Positions 1-11,047 are shown, numbered from the stretch's first letter. The stretch is DNA of 64,000 nt from Halarcobacter sp. (GCA_963676565.1 OY781089.1:2880001-2944000), one strand, 5' to 3'. Notes: generated by a model from the sequence alone, not told the origin. Numbers and translations: made by a program.

Positions 1-1389
1 TGGTTCAACTTTTATTCCACCACCATTATCTTCAATATATAAAACTATTTTATCAATTTGATCTTCTGTATAGATTTTTATCCAAGGTGATTCTATTTCT
101 TTTTTTATTAATACATCTTTTGCATTTGTTATTATGTTTAGTAAGACCTGTTTAAATTCATTGTAATAAGTGTTTAAAATAAGGTTGTTATCAACACAAA
201 TAGTTATATTAATTTTATTATTTGATAAGGTACTTGACATAATAGTCATAACTGAATCCATAGCAAGTTTTAATGTAAATTTCTCTTTCTCTTTTTTAGG
301 TAAGAAGAAATTTCTAAAATCATCTATGGTGTGAGACATATACTCTAAAACCTCTTCAGCCTCTTTTGCTTTTTTATTCATCACCTCATCATCAAGTTGA
401 CCCATTGTATATTTAAACTTAATATTCATCAAAATAGTTGAAAGTTCTGATAATGGTTGTCTCCATTGGTGAGCAATGTTTGATATCATTTCACCTAAGG
501 CTATAAATCTTGATTTTTGTACTAATAATTGTTCATGTTCCCTATTCTTTTCAACTTCCTCTTCAACTCTTTTTTCAAGGGTTAAATTTAAATCTCTTAA
601 AGCTTGAGATTTTGATTGAACACTTTTTTGGTACCTTCTAAATACCTCATCGATTTTTTGAGAGATTAAAATAGAGATGAAAATTGCAATAGTTAAAAAG
701 AGAATAAACAAAAGAATATTTTGAACAACTTGATTTTTAACTCTATTTTGAAGATGACTTTTCTTTTTTGCAATACCCTTTTCTATATCATCAACATAAA
801 TACCAACAGCAATAACCCATTGCCATCTTGGAAAGTACTTAAAGTATGAAAGCTTTTGATTAATCTCATTAGTATAAAGCTTTGTATAGGCATATTCAGT
901 AAAAGATTCCCCTTTTAATCTAATATCATCCATAAACTCTTCTCTAAATTTTTTACCATTTTCATCAGTATAATTAGTTGAGATTATTTTTCCAATTAAA
1001 TCTGGTCTATTTGGATTAACAAGAAGTTTAGCAAATTTATCGCCACCATTCATATCTAAAATCTCATATACAAAGATATAGTTACTTTTGTCATTGTCAA
1101 AGGAGATGTTGTTTAAAAGCCTAATCATATCAGCTTTTAGTTCAGTCTCATCCTCTTCACTTTTAGTTGAATTATATTTAATAATATCAATAATTGTATT
1201 TATCTCTTTTTTTAGATTTTGTTTTTGCATGAAGTATTGATCTTGAACAAATTTTTCCATATCAACATGAAAATCTTCGTAGGTATTTTTAACATAAAAA
1301 TATGATATTAAAAGTATCATAGAGGTCATAATAATTATAAAAACATAAATAATAATCTTTGATATATTCTTCTCAGTAATGAATCTCAA
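1..1389 (-). CDS. Cache-domain sensor histidine kinase (3' end runs off window)
   Basis: Hand translation from TTG at 1389: MRFITEKNISKIIIYVFIII (TM), Cache-like region (YIFVYE...NPNRPDLIG...WQWVIAVGIYVDDI), second TM, H-box LGEMISNIAHQWRQPL. Divergent from a response regulator. Confidence 0.88.
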   Translation of the reverse strand, partial: MRFITEKNISKIIIYVFIIIMTSMILLISYFYVKNTYEDFHVDMEKFVQDQYFMQKQNLKKEINTIIDIIKYNSTKSEEDETELKADMIRLLNNISFDNDKSNYIFVYEILDMNGGDKFAKLLVNPNRPDLIGKIISTNYTDENGKKFREEFMDDIRLKGESFTEYAYTKLYTNEINQKLSYFKYFPRWQWVIAVGIYVDDIEKGIAKKKSHLQNRVKNQVVQNILLFILFLTIAIFISILISQKIDEVFRRYQKSVQSKSQALRDLNLTLEKRVEEEVEKNREHEQLLVQKSRFIALGEMISNIAHQWRQPLSELSTILMNIKFKYTMGQLDDEVMNKKAKEAEEVLEYMSHTIDDFRNFFLPKKEKEKFTLKLAMDSVMTIMSSTLSNNKINITICVDNNLILNTYYNEFKQVLLNIITNAKDVLIKKEIESPWIKIYTEDQIDKIVLYIEDNGGGIKVEP

Positions 1390-1450
1390 GTCAAATTTCC
1401 CTATAAAGTAATTTTTGGTATGATACCATATCTTATATGAAAAGGCAGTT

Positions 1451-2140
1451 TTGATGGACAAAACATTAATTTCTAAACTTAGTAGTTTTTCTGTTCTATA
1501 TGTAGAAGATGAAGAGGGAATTAGAAATAATATTAATGAAATATTAAAACAACTATTTAAAAAAACTTTTGTGGCTAAAAATGCAAAAGAAGCATTTAAT
1601 ATGTATGAATCAAATAAACCAGATTTAATTATAACAGATATTAGAATGCCAAATGAAACAGGAATAGAATTAATTAAAAAAATTCGAAAAAGAGATAGTA
1701 AAGTAAGAGTTATAATCACTTCTGCTCATACTGATTTAGATTATATGCTTGAAGCAACTGAACTACATTTAGTAAAATATATTATAAAACCTATAACCGA
1801 AGGTAAACTATTTGAAGCGTTAGAAGCTTTTATTAAAAGTTATGAAACAGCTAGATTATACAATTTAAAAGATGGTTGGCTTTTTGATGAAAGTAAATCA
1901 TTGATTACGACAGAAAATGATGAATTTAAACTTACTAAAAAAGAGAATCAATTTCTAAAACTTTTAATTCAAAAAAATAGAATCATCACTTATGAAGAGA
2001 TGGAAAATATTATTTGGAGTGAAGATAATATAATGACTCCAAATGCCATGAGGCTTTTTATAAAAAATTTCAGGAAAAAACTACCTGAAAATACCCTAAG
2101 AAATATTCAAGGTACAGGCTATAGATTAGTTTTAGACTAA
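1451..2140 (+). CDS. OmpR-family response regulator
   Basis: Receiver motifs VLYVEDE, DLIITDIRMP, KP; C-terminal winged helix (LTKKE...FRKKL...GTGYRL). Confidence 0.92.
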   Translation: MMDKTLISKLSSFSVLYVEDEEGIRNNINEILKQLFKKTFVAKNAKEAFNMYESNKPDLIITDIRMPNETGIELIKKIRKRDSKVRVIITSAHTDLDYMLEATELHLVKYIIKPITEGKLFEALEAFIKSYETARLYNLKDGWLFDESKSLITTENDEFKLTKKENQFLKLLIQKNRIITYEEMENIIWSEDNIMTPNAMRLFIKNFRKKLPENTLRNIQGTGYRLVLD

Positions 2141-2964
2141 CCTATTAGCTTTGTATCATTATCTATATTATTCTCTAAATCATAGCTTCTTAATTTTTCA
2201 AGTTGTATAAAGTAACTATGTCCTAGATATATTATAAAAAATACAGCTGAAAAAAGCATCAAAGATGGAATTAAAGATAAGAAATATAAAAATGCTGTTC
2301 TTAATCTAAAGGCCATCGCTTTTTTCTTATGAATAGCTTTATACTCATCTTCACTTAATATAGTTGAAGCAACATCAAAATTTAATAGTTTATGAAAGAA
2401 GTAATAAACAGGAAAGTTTATTGCAATAATATTAACCAATGGGATAAAATACAATGGGATAAAAAGTATAAATAAAAACACCATTATAAATCCACTTTTA
2501 AGTGCAACCCATAAAGGTGTAAGTAAAGAGCCAAAACCATTTATTTCTAGATGGGAATAGTGTCTTTTATGTAAAACTTTTAAAATCATTGGAGTTAAAA
2601 AACCAATAATAATAACAGTTAAAAAAACTGAAAACATCATCACAAAAATAGTCCCAACAGTATAAATTAAAAAACCAACTAACCATGAAGTAATAGAGTA
2701 CTTAAACAAAAAAGCAATTATAGAAGTCATCCAAATAAAATAAAAGGGTGCTTGTTCATCTACAATCACCTCTTGACCCGATTGAACTTGTTGAACATAA
2801 ATCTCTAAAGAATCAAATCCATATCCTGCTGCTGTGTAAAAAAACATTAACATTATAATCAAAGTAAAAAGCAATGGCAAAATTGCAATTTTTAACATAT
2901 CTTTTGTAAAAAAGTCTTTTACACTAAGCCCAATTACTTCACCTTCTAATAACTCTCTTTTCAT
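2137..2964 (-). CDS. EI24/CysZ-like membrane protein
   Basis: Multiple hydrophobic helices and a pattern (FLTPMILKVLHKRHY, LYFIPLVN) resembling EI24-domain proteins. Confidence 0.7.
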   Translation of the reverse strand: MKRELLEGEVIGLSVKDFFTKDMLKIAILPLLFTLIIMLMFFYTAAGYGFDSLEIYVQQVQSGQEVIVDEQAPFYFIWMTSIIAFLFKYSITSWLVGFLIYTVGTIFVMMFSVFLTVIIIGFLTPMILKVLHKRHYSHLEINGFGSLLTPLWVALKSGFIMVFLFILFIPLYFIPLVNIIAINFPVYYFFHKLLNFDVASTILSEDEYKAIHKKKAMAFRLRTAFLYFLSLIPSLMLFSAVFFIIYLGHSYFIQLEKLRSYDLENNIDNDTKLIG

Positions 2965-2983
2965 TAAACTATTCCTTCATTTT

Positions 2984-3859
2984 CTAATCAAATCTTTTTC
3001 TGTAGTCACATTTTTGACAAAGTTCTTCTATTACTTCACCATTTTTAAAACCATTTTGTATATCTTTTACCTTTTTAGAAGTTAAAATATCTTTTAATCG
3101 TGTAGTATTTGTATTCCCCAAATTTACAATTCCATCTTTATCCAAACAACAAGGAACTACAGTGCCTGAACTTAATACTCCAAAATGAGAGTCTAAACCA
3201 TAACAAAAACCTTTGTTACTTACAAACTCATTATTTAAACTTGGCCAGTTAAAATAATCGTCAAAATTAAAAAATATCATTCTATCTATTTTTATATTTT
3301 TTGGCTTCTCTTTATAAATCTTTTCAATATCAATTTTGCAATTAAATTTTTCATTTACAAAATCAAATACATTTTTATTAAACTCTCTTGCACTTTGGGA
3401 CTCATCTAAATTCCAAATTCGTAAATTTATAAAAAAATGTTGTCTTTTCTCTTTTGCATATTCACAAAAATTTAAAATTGGTTCCAAATACTCTTTTAAA
3501 GTTTTTTTATGGGAATTAGCATTGTAAGAGTTAATTGAAAAATTGATTTGTCTAATTGTATCATTCATCAAGCTTTCAAAATGAGTTTCATTTAAATTAT
3601 TTGCAGTTGTAGTAATATTTACCTTTAATCTATTTTTCTTACTAATTTCTAGATATTCTTGTAAGTTTGACAAAACTAAAGGATCCCCAACAATATGGTA
3701 AGCCAATTCATTGGTTACTTCTTTTAACTGCTTATTTAAATAATCAAATTTTTCAAGACTCATAGTCTGGTTTGGTAAGTTTTTAGGTGGACAGAAACTA
3801 CATTTTAAATTACATATATTTGTAATCTCCACATGAACTTTTCTAAACTTTTTGATAAT
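2984..3859 (-). CDS. Radical SAM/SPASM-domain protein
   Basis: CxxxCxxC (CNLKCSFC) and SPASM-like C-terminus (CYGL...GTVVPCC...CQKC). The frame is open upstream of the GTG at 3832 to 3859, so the start is uncertain. Confidence 0.85.
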   Translation of the reverse strand: MIKKFRKVHVEITNICNLKCSFCPPKNLPNQTMSLEKFDYLNKQLKEVTNELAYHIVGDPLVLSNLQEYLEISKKNRLKVNITTTANNLNETHFESLMNDTIRQINFSINSYNANSHKKTLKEYLEPILNFCEYAKEKRQHFFINLRIWNLDESQSAREFNKNVFDFVNEKFNCKIDIEKIYKEKPKNIKIDRMIFFNFDDYFNWPSLNNEFVSNKGFCYGLDSHFGVLSSGTVVPCCLDKDGIVNLGNTNTTRLKDILTSKKVKDIQNGFKNGEVIEELCQKCDYRKRFD

Positions 3860-3865
3860 CTATTC

Positions 3866-4405
3866 CTATTTTAAAAGGTATGGAAGATCACGTTTTAAAG
3901 ACTCTAATAAATCTTCATTTAAAAAGAACTTTGCAAATTCTTGATCTTTGTTTTTATAACAAAAGCTGCAAACATACCTATTTCTTTTGATTAGTTCTAT
4001 AGTTTCTTCTAAGATTATTTGTAACTCTTCATCACCATTTTTATAATGTTTATACATAGTTTTCAAAGGTTCTTCTAAATTTGTATCTTTAAAGAATACT
4101 ACATTGTCTTCAAGTAGACCAATAACATTTTCATCATTTGATTTTATATTTAAAAAAGCTTCTTTAATATCATCCATCCTAAGGTCAAATTTATACCCTA
4201 AAAGAAGAAGCTCTTTAAAACTATTTATGTCATTTTTTTGGAAATAATATTGCAAAAGAAGTGTTAAATAATGATCTTTTACATCACTATCATAAGCTTC
4301 AATATAATCTAAAACATATTCAATGTCATCTATTTTTTGTGTTTCTAAAAGTGTTTTATGAATAATACCAACTTCTGCTATTATTTCATGTAATCTATCA
4401 CTCAT
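3866..4405 (-). CDS. hypothetical protein
   Basis: 179-aa ORF with AAGGA RBS; no motif recognised. Confidence 0.7.
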   Translation of the reverse strand: MSDRLHEIIAEVGIIHKTLLETQKIDDIEYVLDYIEAYDSDVKDHYLTLLLQYYFQKNDINSFKELLLLGYKFDLRMDDIKEAFLNIKSNDENVIGLLEDNVVFFKDTNLEEPLKTMYKHYKNGDEELQIILEETIELIKRNRYVCSFCYKNKDQEFAKFFLNEDLLESLKRDLPYLLK

Positions 4406-4459
4406 TTGTATCCTTAAGCTTTATAAAAATTAATTAGAAATTGGATTAATAAATCTAAG

Positions 4460-4536
4460 TGGAGCGGGAGACGAGACTCGAACTCGCGACAATCTGCTTG
4501 GAAGGCAGAGGCTCTAGCCAACTGAGCTACTCCCGC
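4460..4536 (-). tRNA. tRNA-Gly(TCC)
   Basis: GCGGGAGTAGCTCAG...TTCCAAG...GTTCGAGTC...CCCGCTCCA; extended -10 TGCTATAAT at 4550-4558. Confidence 0.97.
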
Positions 4537-4592
4537 TTATCAGATTGGGATTATAGCATAGATTAACTATAATTACAAAAAAGGATTAATAT

Positions 4593-5009
4593 ATGATAAA
4601 AACTCCCCATTTAAGTACTGATGGTATTATAAAATTGTATGATGAAAATGATATTTTCAAAGGAATTGTACTAATTGAAAGATTAAATGAACCCCACGGG
4701 TTAGCATTACCTGGTGGTTTTGTTGATATAGGTGAAAGTGTTGAAGACGCTTTAGTTAGAGAGATGAAAGAGGAAACAAATTTAGATGTAAATATATTAA
4801 ATCTTCAAAATATTTATTCAGATCCATCACGCGATCCAAGATTCCATACTGCATCTGCTGTTTATGTTTGTGAAGCGAAAGGAAAACCAAAAGCACAAGA
4901 TGATGCAAAAGAGGTTTTTATATATCCTATAAAAGAGATACCTTTAGAAAAATTAGTCTTTGATCATAGAAAAATTATTGAAGATTTCCAAAAAACTATT
5001 AGATGGTAG
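4593..5009 (+). CDS. NUDIX hydrolase
   Basis: Nudix box GGFVDIGESVEDALVREMKEETNL. Confidence 0.92.
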   Translation: MIKTPHLSTDGIIKLYDENDIFKGIVLIERLNEPHGLALPGGFVDIGESVEDALVREMKEETNLDVNILNLQNIYSDPSRDPRFHTASAVYVCEAKGKPKAQDDAKEVFIYPIKEIPLEKLVFDHRKIIEDFQKTIRW

Positions 5010-5013
5010 AATA

Positions 5014-5037
5014 AGAGGAGTAAGGAAAAACTCCTCT
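5014..5037. terminator. hairpin between convergent genes
   Basis: AGAGGAGT-aaggaaaa-ACTCCTCT inverted repeat. Confidence 0.55.
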
Positions 5038-5119
5038 GTCATCAGATATGTATGTAAACTCAGTTTAACTAAATATATACATAATCTTGTTTTTAAAGTG
5101 AGTATAAAATATACAAAGT

Positions 5120-6268
5120 TTATATTTTTAACAATTCTATTTTAAATAAAACCCCTCTATCCTCATTTTCCTCTAAAATCAATTTTCCATTAATTTTTTC
5201 AATTATCATTTTTAAAATGTATAAATTAATATCAAATTTTTTTGTTTTTAACAAATAATCTTTGTCTAAATAAACTTTGAAATTTTCAAAGTTTGAATAA
5301 GTTGAATTATCAAAATAAGATAGGGATACTTTTTCTCCATCCTCTTTTAATTCAATATTAATCTCTTTTTTGTCAATTTGTGTTTTAGAAAAAGAGTTAA
5401 AACTAACTAAAAGTAACTTAGAAAAAATTTGTTTTAAATCCTCTTCAACCATATCAATAACAATTAAATTATCCCCTGTAAAATTGATTTTGATTTTTTC
5501 TTTATCTAATTCACTTCTAAATTTAAATAAAACACTATCAAAAGTAACTTTCAAATTATGCTTTCCAATTTTTTTATCAACTTGAAAAAGGTTAGAGAAG
5601 TCTCTTAAGCCCTCTTCCACTCCATTTATTTCAGATAAAACTTTATTAAGACTTTTAGCAAAAGAATCATCTTTTTTATATTCGGATATCAACTCCATAG
5701 ATTGTAAATAAATTTTCATATTAGAAATAGGTTTTCTTAGTTCATTGGAGATTACACCAACTACATCATTCATAACTTTTAATTTTTCTTGTTGGAGAAT
5801 TTTTTCATCTTTTCTACGAATCTCTTCAATTTGTTGTGAAACTTTTTCATTTAGACTATTATTTAAAACTTTTAATTCTTTTGTTGTTCTTGACAATTTA
5901 AGATGTAATTGAACTCTTTTTAGTAAAACTTCTGGATAAAATGGTTTTACAATATAATCTACAGCTCCTAATTCAAAACCTTGAATAATATCTTTCTCAT
6001 CATCTTTAACTGTTGAAAAAATTATTGGAATATTTTTATATTTATCATTAGAAATAATCTCCTTACATGTTTCATAACCATTCATAACAGGCATAATTAC
6101 ATCTAAAAGAATCAAATCAATATCAGGATTTTTACTTATAAGTTCTAAAGCTTTTTTCCCACTTTGTGCAAAAAGCACTTTATAATCTTTTAAAATTTTC
6201 ATTGCAATTTGAAGATTTTTAGCATCATCATCAACAATTAAAATTGTTTGCAAATCATCATTTTTCAT
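5120..6268 (-). CDS. Response regulator receiver fused to a degenerate histidine kinase domain
   Basis: ILIVDDD / DLILLDVIMP / GAVDYIVKP; H-box reads ISNELRKPI (no His). Confidence 0.8.
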   Translation of the reverse strand: MKNDDLQTILIVDDDAKNLQIAMKILKDYKVLFAQSGKKALELISKNPDIDLILLDVIMPVMNGYETCKEIISNDKYKNIPIIFSTVKDDEKDIIQGFELGAVDYIVKPFYPEVLLKRVQLHLKLSRTTKELKVLNNSLNEKVSQQIEEIRRKDEKILQQEKLKVMNDVVGVISNELRKPISNMKIYLQSMELISEYKKDDSFAKSLNKVLSEINGVEEGLRDFSNLFQVDKKIGKHNLKVTFDSVLFKFRSELDKEKIKINFTGDNLIVIDMVEEDLKQIFSKLLLVSFNSFSKTQIDKKEINIELKEDGEKVSLSYFDNSTYSNFENFKVYLDKDYLLKTKKFDINLYILKMIIEKINGKLILEENEDRGVLFKIELLKI

Positions 6269-6659
6269 AAGTGCTTTCCTCTAAAAGTTTTAATTTTACA
6301 TAATTATTTGCTTTGGTAATTAATTCAATATTTATAAAAGGTTTAACAACATAATCAATTCCACCTACTTCATAAGCTTGCTCAATATCTTTTGTTGAAT
6401 CCTTCCCTGATAAAAAAATAATTGGAATATTTTTTGTATTATCATTACTTTTAAGTTTTTTACATACTTCAAAACCATTAATATCAGGCATCATAATATC
6501 TAATAAAATTAAATCAAAATCTTGTTCGGAAGTAAGTTTTAAAGCCATTTTCCCATCTTTAGCATAAAACATTTTATGCCCTTCATTTTTTAATATATTC
6601 ATAGCCATCTGAATATTTTTGGGCACATCATCTACTATTAAAATCTTTCCCTTAAACAC
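6258..6659 (-). CDS. Single-domain response regulator
   Basis: ILIVDD, DLILLDIMMP, GGIDYVVKP. Confidence 0.9.
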   Translation of the reverse strand: MFKGKILIVDDVPKNIQMAMNILKNEGHKMFYAKDGKMALKLTSEQDFDLILLDIMMPDINGFEVCKKLKSNDNTKNIPIIFLSGKDSTKDIEQAYEVGGIDYVVKPFINIELITKANNYVKLKLLEESTYEK

Positions 6660-9600
6660 TTAACTTCACCTTTAGTCTTTCAATCTTTTCATCATATGTA
6701 TTCATTAAATAATCAACTTTCTCTATATCAAATGAATTTATATTTGTAATTAAATCTTGAGCATAATTTCTTAACAAATCAACTTTATTTTTTACAGCTA
6801 GTTCTAATATTTTATTAGCAAACTCTTCCACTAGAGTAAAGTCTCCACTTTCTTTTACAAAATTATACTCTTCTTTTAAGCTATTTTCTAAAATGTTAAT
6901 AACATCATTTAATTTTTCCAAATCATATTCTTCTTTTTCTTCTTCGACAATAATATTATCTTTAAATTTTTTATACTTTAGATGCTTCGTCATTTCAATT
7001 ATTAAATCTTCTAAAATGACAGGTTTTCTTAAATATCCATCAAAACCAAAATCTGTCACTTTTTCAAAATCTTTTCCCATAACTGAAGCAGTTAAAGCAA
7101 TTAATGGGATTTTTCTAAGTTTTTCATTTTCTTTTATTATTGTTGCCGCTTCATAACCATCCATAATTGGCATTCGTAAATCCATCAAAATCAAATCAAA
7201 ATTAACGTTTCTTAATCTATTTATAGCTTCTTCTCCATTTTCAGCTTCTATTATTTCTAAATCAAAATTCTTTAATGCTGCAATTACAAGTTGTCTATTT
7301 TCTTCCACATCATCAACAACTAAAATAGTAGCCTTTTCAAAAACAATTGATTTTATATCAATTTTACTCTCAACAGGTTCTTCATTTATTGAACTAACAT
7401 CTAAGTCATATAAAGTAACTTTAAAAGTGCTACCTTTTCCAACTTCACTTTCTACTTCTATTTTACCATTTAACATTTTCGCTAATTTTGCGCAAATTGA
7501 TAATCCTAAGCCTGTTCCACCATATTTTGCAGTATTTTGATTTTCTTGTTGTTCAAAGGCATTAAAAATCGATTTTAAATTCTTTTTGTTTATACCAATC
7601 CCTGTATCTTCAACTATAAATACTAAATCTACTTTACTCTTAATTTCATTTTTATAAAGAGATGTAGCTTTTAATTTTATTTGTCCTTTATCGGTAAATT
7701 TAATTGCATTACCAATTAAATTGAATAGTATTTGTCTAACTCTTACCCCATCTGTTATAATATATTTTGGTAATTTATCATCAATTTCCATAATAAAGTT
7801 AATATTTTTGCTTATAATCTTAGAATGAAAAATTGACTCCATTTCAATAAAAACACTTCTTGGATTTATAGACTCTTTTTTAATTTCCATTTTTCCAGCT
7901 TCTATTTTAGATAAATCTAAAATATCATTTATAATTCTAAGTAAAGAATCTCCACCTTTTTTTATCGAATTTAAATATTCTTTATGGACTGGATTATCTA
8001 TTTCTTTATCCAAAATCTCTGTAAAACCTAATACTGAATTCATTGGTGTCCTTATTTCATGACTCATATTTGCCAAAAATTCACTTTTTTGTTTTGCTAA
8101 ATTTTCTGCTTTTTCTTTAGCCTTTTGTAATTCTGTATTTAAATCTTCAACATGATTTTTTTCATCTTCAAGCTCTTTAGTTCTTGATAACACTTTATTT
8201 TCTAGATTTTTATTTAAATCTTTTAATTCAAAAGTTTTTTGATCTACTAAAATTTGCAATCTTCTATTATAAAAAGTAAAGAGTAATATAATACCAATCG
8301 TTCCAATGACAACATACCAAACAATTCTATAATCAACAATAGGTTCAAAGGCAATATCATTAAACTTACTTTTTATCTCTAAATGTTCCATCTCATTTAT
8401 TGAAGACATAAATTTAGATAATATTCCATAAAGTGCATCTTCACTTTTTTTTACAAAAAGAGTTAATGATAATTTTACATCTATTGAACCTACTATTCTT
8501 AAATCATGGAAGGCAAAAGACTTAATTGAATAACTCATCAGTGCAGCTGTACCTAACATTGCATCATATTTTTTTGAAACTAAATCAGTAAGTCCCTCTT
8601 TGATATTTTCTACTTCGTAAAACTTCAAATTTGGATATTTATCATAAATCTTTTGTACATAACCATAGCCTTTAAGAACTGCGATTTTTTTACCTTTTAA
8701 AGAATTTAAATCTTCAACAAAACTAGTATTATTATCCATTACAATAACAACTTGACTTTCAATATAAGGCTCTATTGGTTGATAATATTCATATAAAGCT
8801 GCATTTTTAATATCTTCTGAGATAATATCAATTGCATTATTTTTAGCTAAAGATAAAGTTTCAGACCATGAATCAGTTTTAATTCTATCTATTTTTAGAC
8901 CAATAGAGTCCTCAAATTTTTTTAGATATTCTGAAACAAATCCAATATATTCACCTTGCTCATTAAAACCTTCAAAAGGGAGCCAATTTGGATCTCCCGC
9001 AAAAGTTATTTTAGGAGAAGTAGAAAGCCATTTCAACTCATCTGAATTAAGATTTAAACTGTTTCTGTCATAAATTTTATAAACTTTATTTTGTAAGGCA
9101 TCTAATTTTTCTTGGGGAATTTTATTATGAGCTTTAATTAGAATTGATTGTAAAGTTTTATATTTTTTACTAAGTCCTATATATACTTCACCATATTTAT
9201 TATAAAAATTTTTCCCAATTTTCAAATTGTAGTTTTCTAATAATTTCTCATTTAAGCTATAAATTAAAATTGCATCTGCTTTAGAGTCTTTTTTTGCTAA
9301 AAGTTCATACATTTCTATATTTTTATCTAAAGTAATAGTTTTAATATTTAAATTTAGATTCTTTACTATTTCATTTGTAATAGCTTCTTTTTGTAAAAGA
9401 ACAGTCTTATTTTCTAAGTCATTTATAGATTTAATTTCATTATTTTCTTTTTTAACAACAATATACATTGGAGTATAAAAATAAGGCTTAGAAAAAAGAA
9501 ACTTATTATCTTCTCTTTCTTGACTCCAACTTAAATCAAGTATCCCATGTACCTTCTCACCTTTTATAGTAGCTTCAATTGCAGAAGACCACTTGTCAAA

Positions 9601-10125
9601 GTCAGTAAGTGAAATATTTAAACCTCCATATTGACTAAGAAGATTAATATAATCTATATGAACATTTTTACCTAAAATATCAGATGCCCAATAACTCATT
9701 TTAGCAATTTTTATCACAGGATTCTTTTTTAACCAAAGTAATTCTTCTTTTGTATAATCCAACGATTCATTGTATAAATCTAAAATTTTTTTATCATAAC
9801 AAATATCTATTCTACCTATTTCTTTATTTTCATATTCAATAACAGATGAATCAATTATATTTCCATTGGTGCAATTAAAATCTTTCTTCCCTTTAATTTT
9901 GTATTGCCAATAGATTTCATCATACTCTAAATCAGTAATTTGAACAGATAAAATATTCTCTTTTTGTTGTATATAAGGTATTACTAATTCATCAAAGGAA
10001 TCTTTATCAAGCTCAAAAAGTGGTTTTGAACTAATATTAGCTAAGGTTAAAGTATCATTGTAAATAGCAAAAAGTGGGATTAAAAATAAATTTAAAAGAA
10101 ACAATAGTTTTATTATAGTTTTCAT
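6652..10125 (-). CDS. Hybrid sensor histidine kinase with two periplasmic binding domains (BvgS/EvgS-like) and a receiver
   Basis: Two PBP-like repeats, TM, FLANMSHEIRTPMN, NLIGNAIKFT, DTGIG, GGTGLGL, receiver DLILMDLRMP. Confidence 0.92.
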   Translation of the reverse strand: MKTIIKLLFLLNLFLIPLFAIYNDTLTLANISSKPLFELDKDSFDELVIPYIQQKENILSVQITDLEYDEIYWQYKIKGKKDFNCTNGNIIDSSVIEYENKEIGRIDICYDKKILDLYNESLDYTKEELLWLKKNPVIKIAKMSYWASDILGKNVHIDYINLLSQYGGLNISLTDFDKWSSAIEATIKGEKVHGILDLSWSQEREDNKFLFSKPYFYTPMYIVVKKENNEIKSINDLENKTVLLQKEAITNEIVKNLNLNIKTITLDKNIEMYELLAKKDSKADAILIYSLNEKLLENYNLKIGKNFYNKYGEVYIGLSKKYKTLQSILIKAHNKIPQEKLDALQNKVYKIYDRNSLNLNSDELKWLSTSPKITFAGDPNWLPFEGFNEQGEYIGFVSEYLKKFEDSIGLKIDRIKTDSWSETLSLAKNNAIDIISEDIKNAALYEYYQPIEPYIESQVVIVMDNNTSFVEDLNSLKGKKIAVLKGYGYVQKIYDKYPNLKFYEVENIKEGLTDLVSKKYDAMLGTAALMSYSIKSFAFHDLRIVGSIDVKLSLTLFVKKSEDALYGILSKFMSSINEMEHLEIKSKFNDIAFEPIVDYRIVWYVVIGTIGIILLFTFYNRRLQILVDQKTFELKDLNKNLENKVLSRTKELEDEKNHVEDLNTELQKAKEKAENLAKQKSEFLANMSHEIRTPMNSVLGFTEILDKEIDNPVHKEYLNSIKKGGDSLLRIINDILDLSKIEAGKMEIKKESINPRSVFIEMESIFHSKIISKNINFIMEIDDKLPKYIITDGVRVRQILFNLIGNAIKFTDKGQIKLKATSLYKNEIKSKVDLVFIVEDTGIGINKKNLKSIFNAFEQQENQNTAKYGGTGLGLSICAKLAKMLNGKIEVESEVGKGSTFKVTLYDLDVSSINEEPVESKIDIKSIVFEKATILVVDDVEENRQLVIAALKNFDLEIIEAENGEEAINRLRNVNFDLILMDLRMPIMDGYEAATIIKENEKLRKIPLIALTASVMGKDFEKVTDFGFDGYLRKPVILEDLIIEMTKHLKYKKFKDNIIVEEEKEEYDLEKLNDVINILENSLKEEYNFVKESGDFTLVEEFANKILELAVKNKVDLLRNYAQDLITNINSFDIEKVDYLMNTYDEKIERLKVKLSV

Positions 10126-10967
10126 TTGAAATTCTCAATTAAATTTTTATAATTGTTCCAATAACTTGTACTATTTTCTTTTGGAACTAACCATTTAGAG
10201 AATGTTTTTTTATATTCATCTTGTTCTCTTAGTTTTATTATACTTTTATTTATATCTTCTATTACTTTTTTACCCCATGGAGATTTTGAACAAGCAATAG
10301 AACCAAGCACTCCCTTTTCGTAATTTTCTTCAAGTGGTAAAAAAATTAATTGATTATCTTTTTTATTTCTAGCATTGTAAAAACTAAGTGAACTATAATA
10401 ATCAATTGTATAATCAACCCTTTTTCTTTTTATCATTTCAAATATTGAATCTGTTATATTTTTTGAAGATTTCCTAATCTTGAAATTTGGTTTTTCTTTA
10501 TATTTATTTACTATTTCATCTAAAGGTAAACCATAACCTCTTCCCATTCCCTGAATAAAAATAAACTTTTCATTTGCCATTAAATCATCTAAAGAAATAG
10601 GAATTTGTGTAAAAAACTTTTTATTCTCTTTTCTTGTAATAATTCCTAGTGGTTCATAATAAAGATTAGGAATAGATGTTATGACATACTCTGGTGTTGT
10701 ATTATAAATCCAAGTGGAAAAACATACATTTTTTTTATGTTGGAAGTTTTTTATAACTCTTGAAAGGGCACTTTTTTTAATTTCATGATTATAATTACTC
10801 AAATCTTCAATAATCATCTTTTGGAATAAGTCCCCAAAGCCCATATTTTTAAACTCACCTTCACTTATATAAAAGGGAGGTGCATCATTAATAAGCCATG
10901 TTATTTTATCATTTTGATTTGAATATAAAAAGTTAATAAGTAAGATTAAGGAGAGAAGACTTTTCAA
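10122..10967 (-). CDS. Periplasmic substrate-binding family protein (TIGR02285-like)
   Basis: Signal peptide, DAPPFYI, GRGYG, IACSKSPWG. Confidence 0.7.
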   Translation of the reverse strand: MKSLLSLILLINFLYSNQNDKITWLINDAPPFYISEGEFKNMGFGDLFQKMIIEDLSNYNHEIKKSALSRVIKNFQHKKNVCFSTWIYNTTPEYVITSIPNLYYEPLGIITRKENKKFFTQIPISLDDLMANEKFIFIQGMGRGYGLPLDEIVNKYKEKPNFKIRKSSKNITDSIFEMIKRKRVDYTIDYYSSLSFYNARNKKDNQLIFLPLEENYEKGVLGSIACSKSPWGKKVIEDINKSIIKLREQDEYKKTFSKWLVPKENSTSYWNNYKNLIENFK

Positions 10968-11047
10968 AGAAACTCCTAATGTTAGATTGTCATTATTCTA
11001 GCACATAAACTTCAACAATATTCTTATACTTATAAATTATTTTATAA

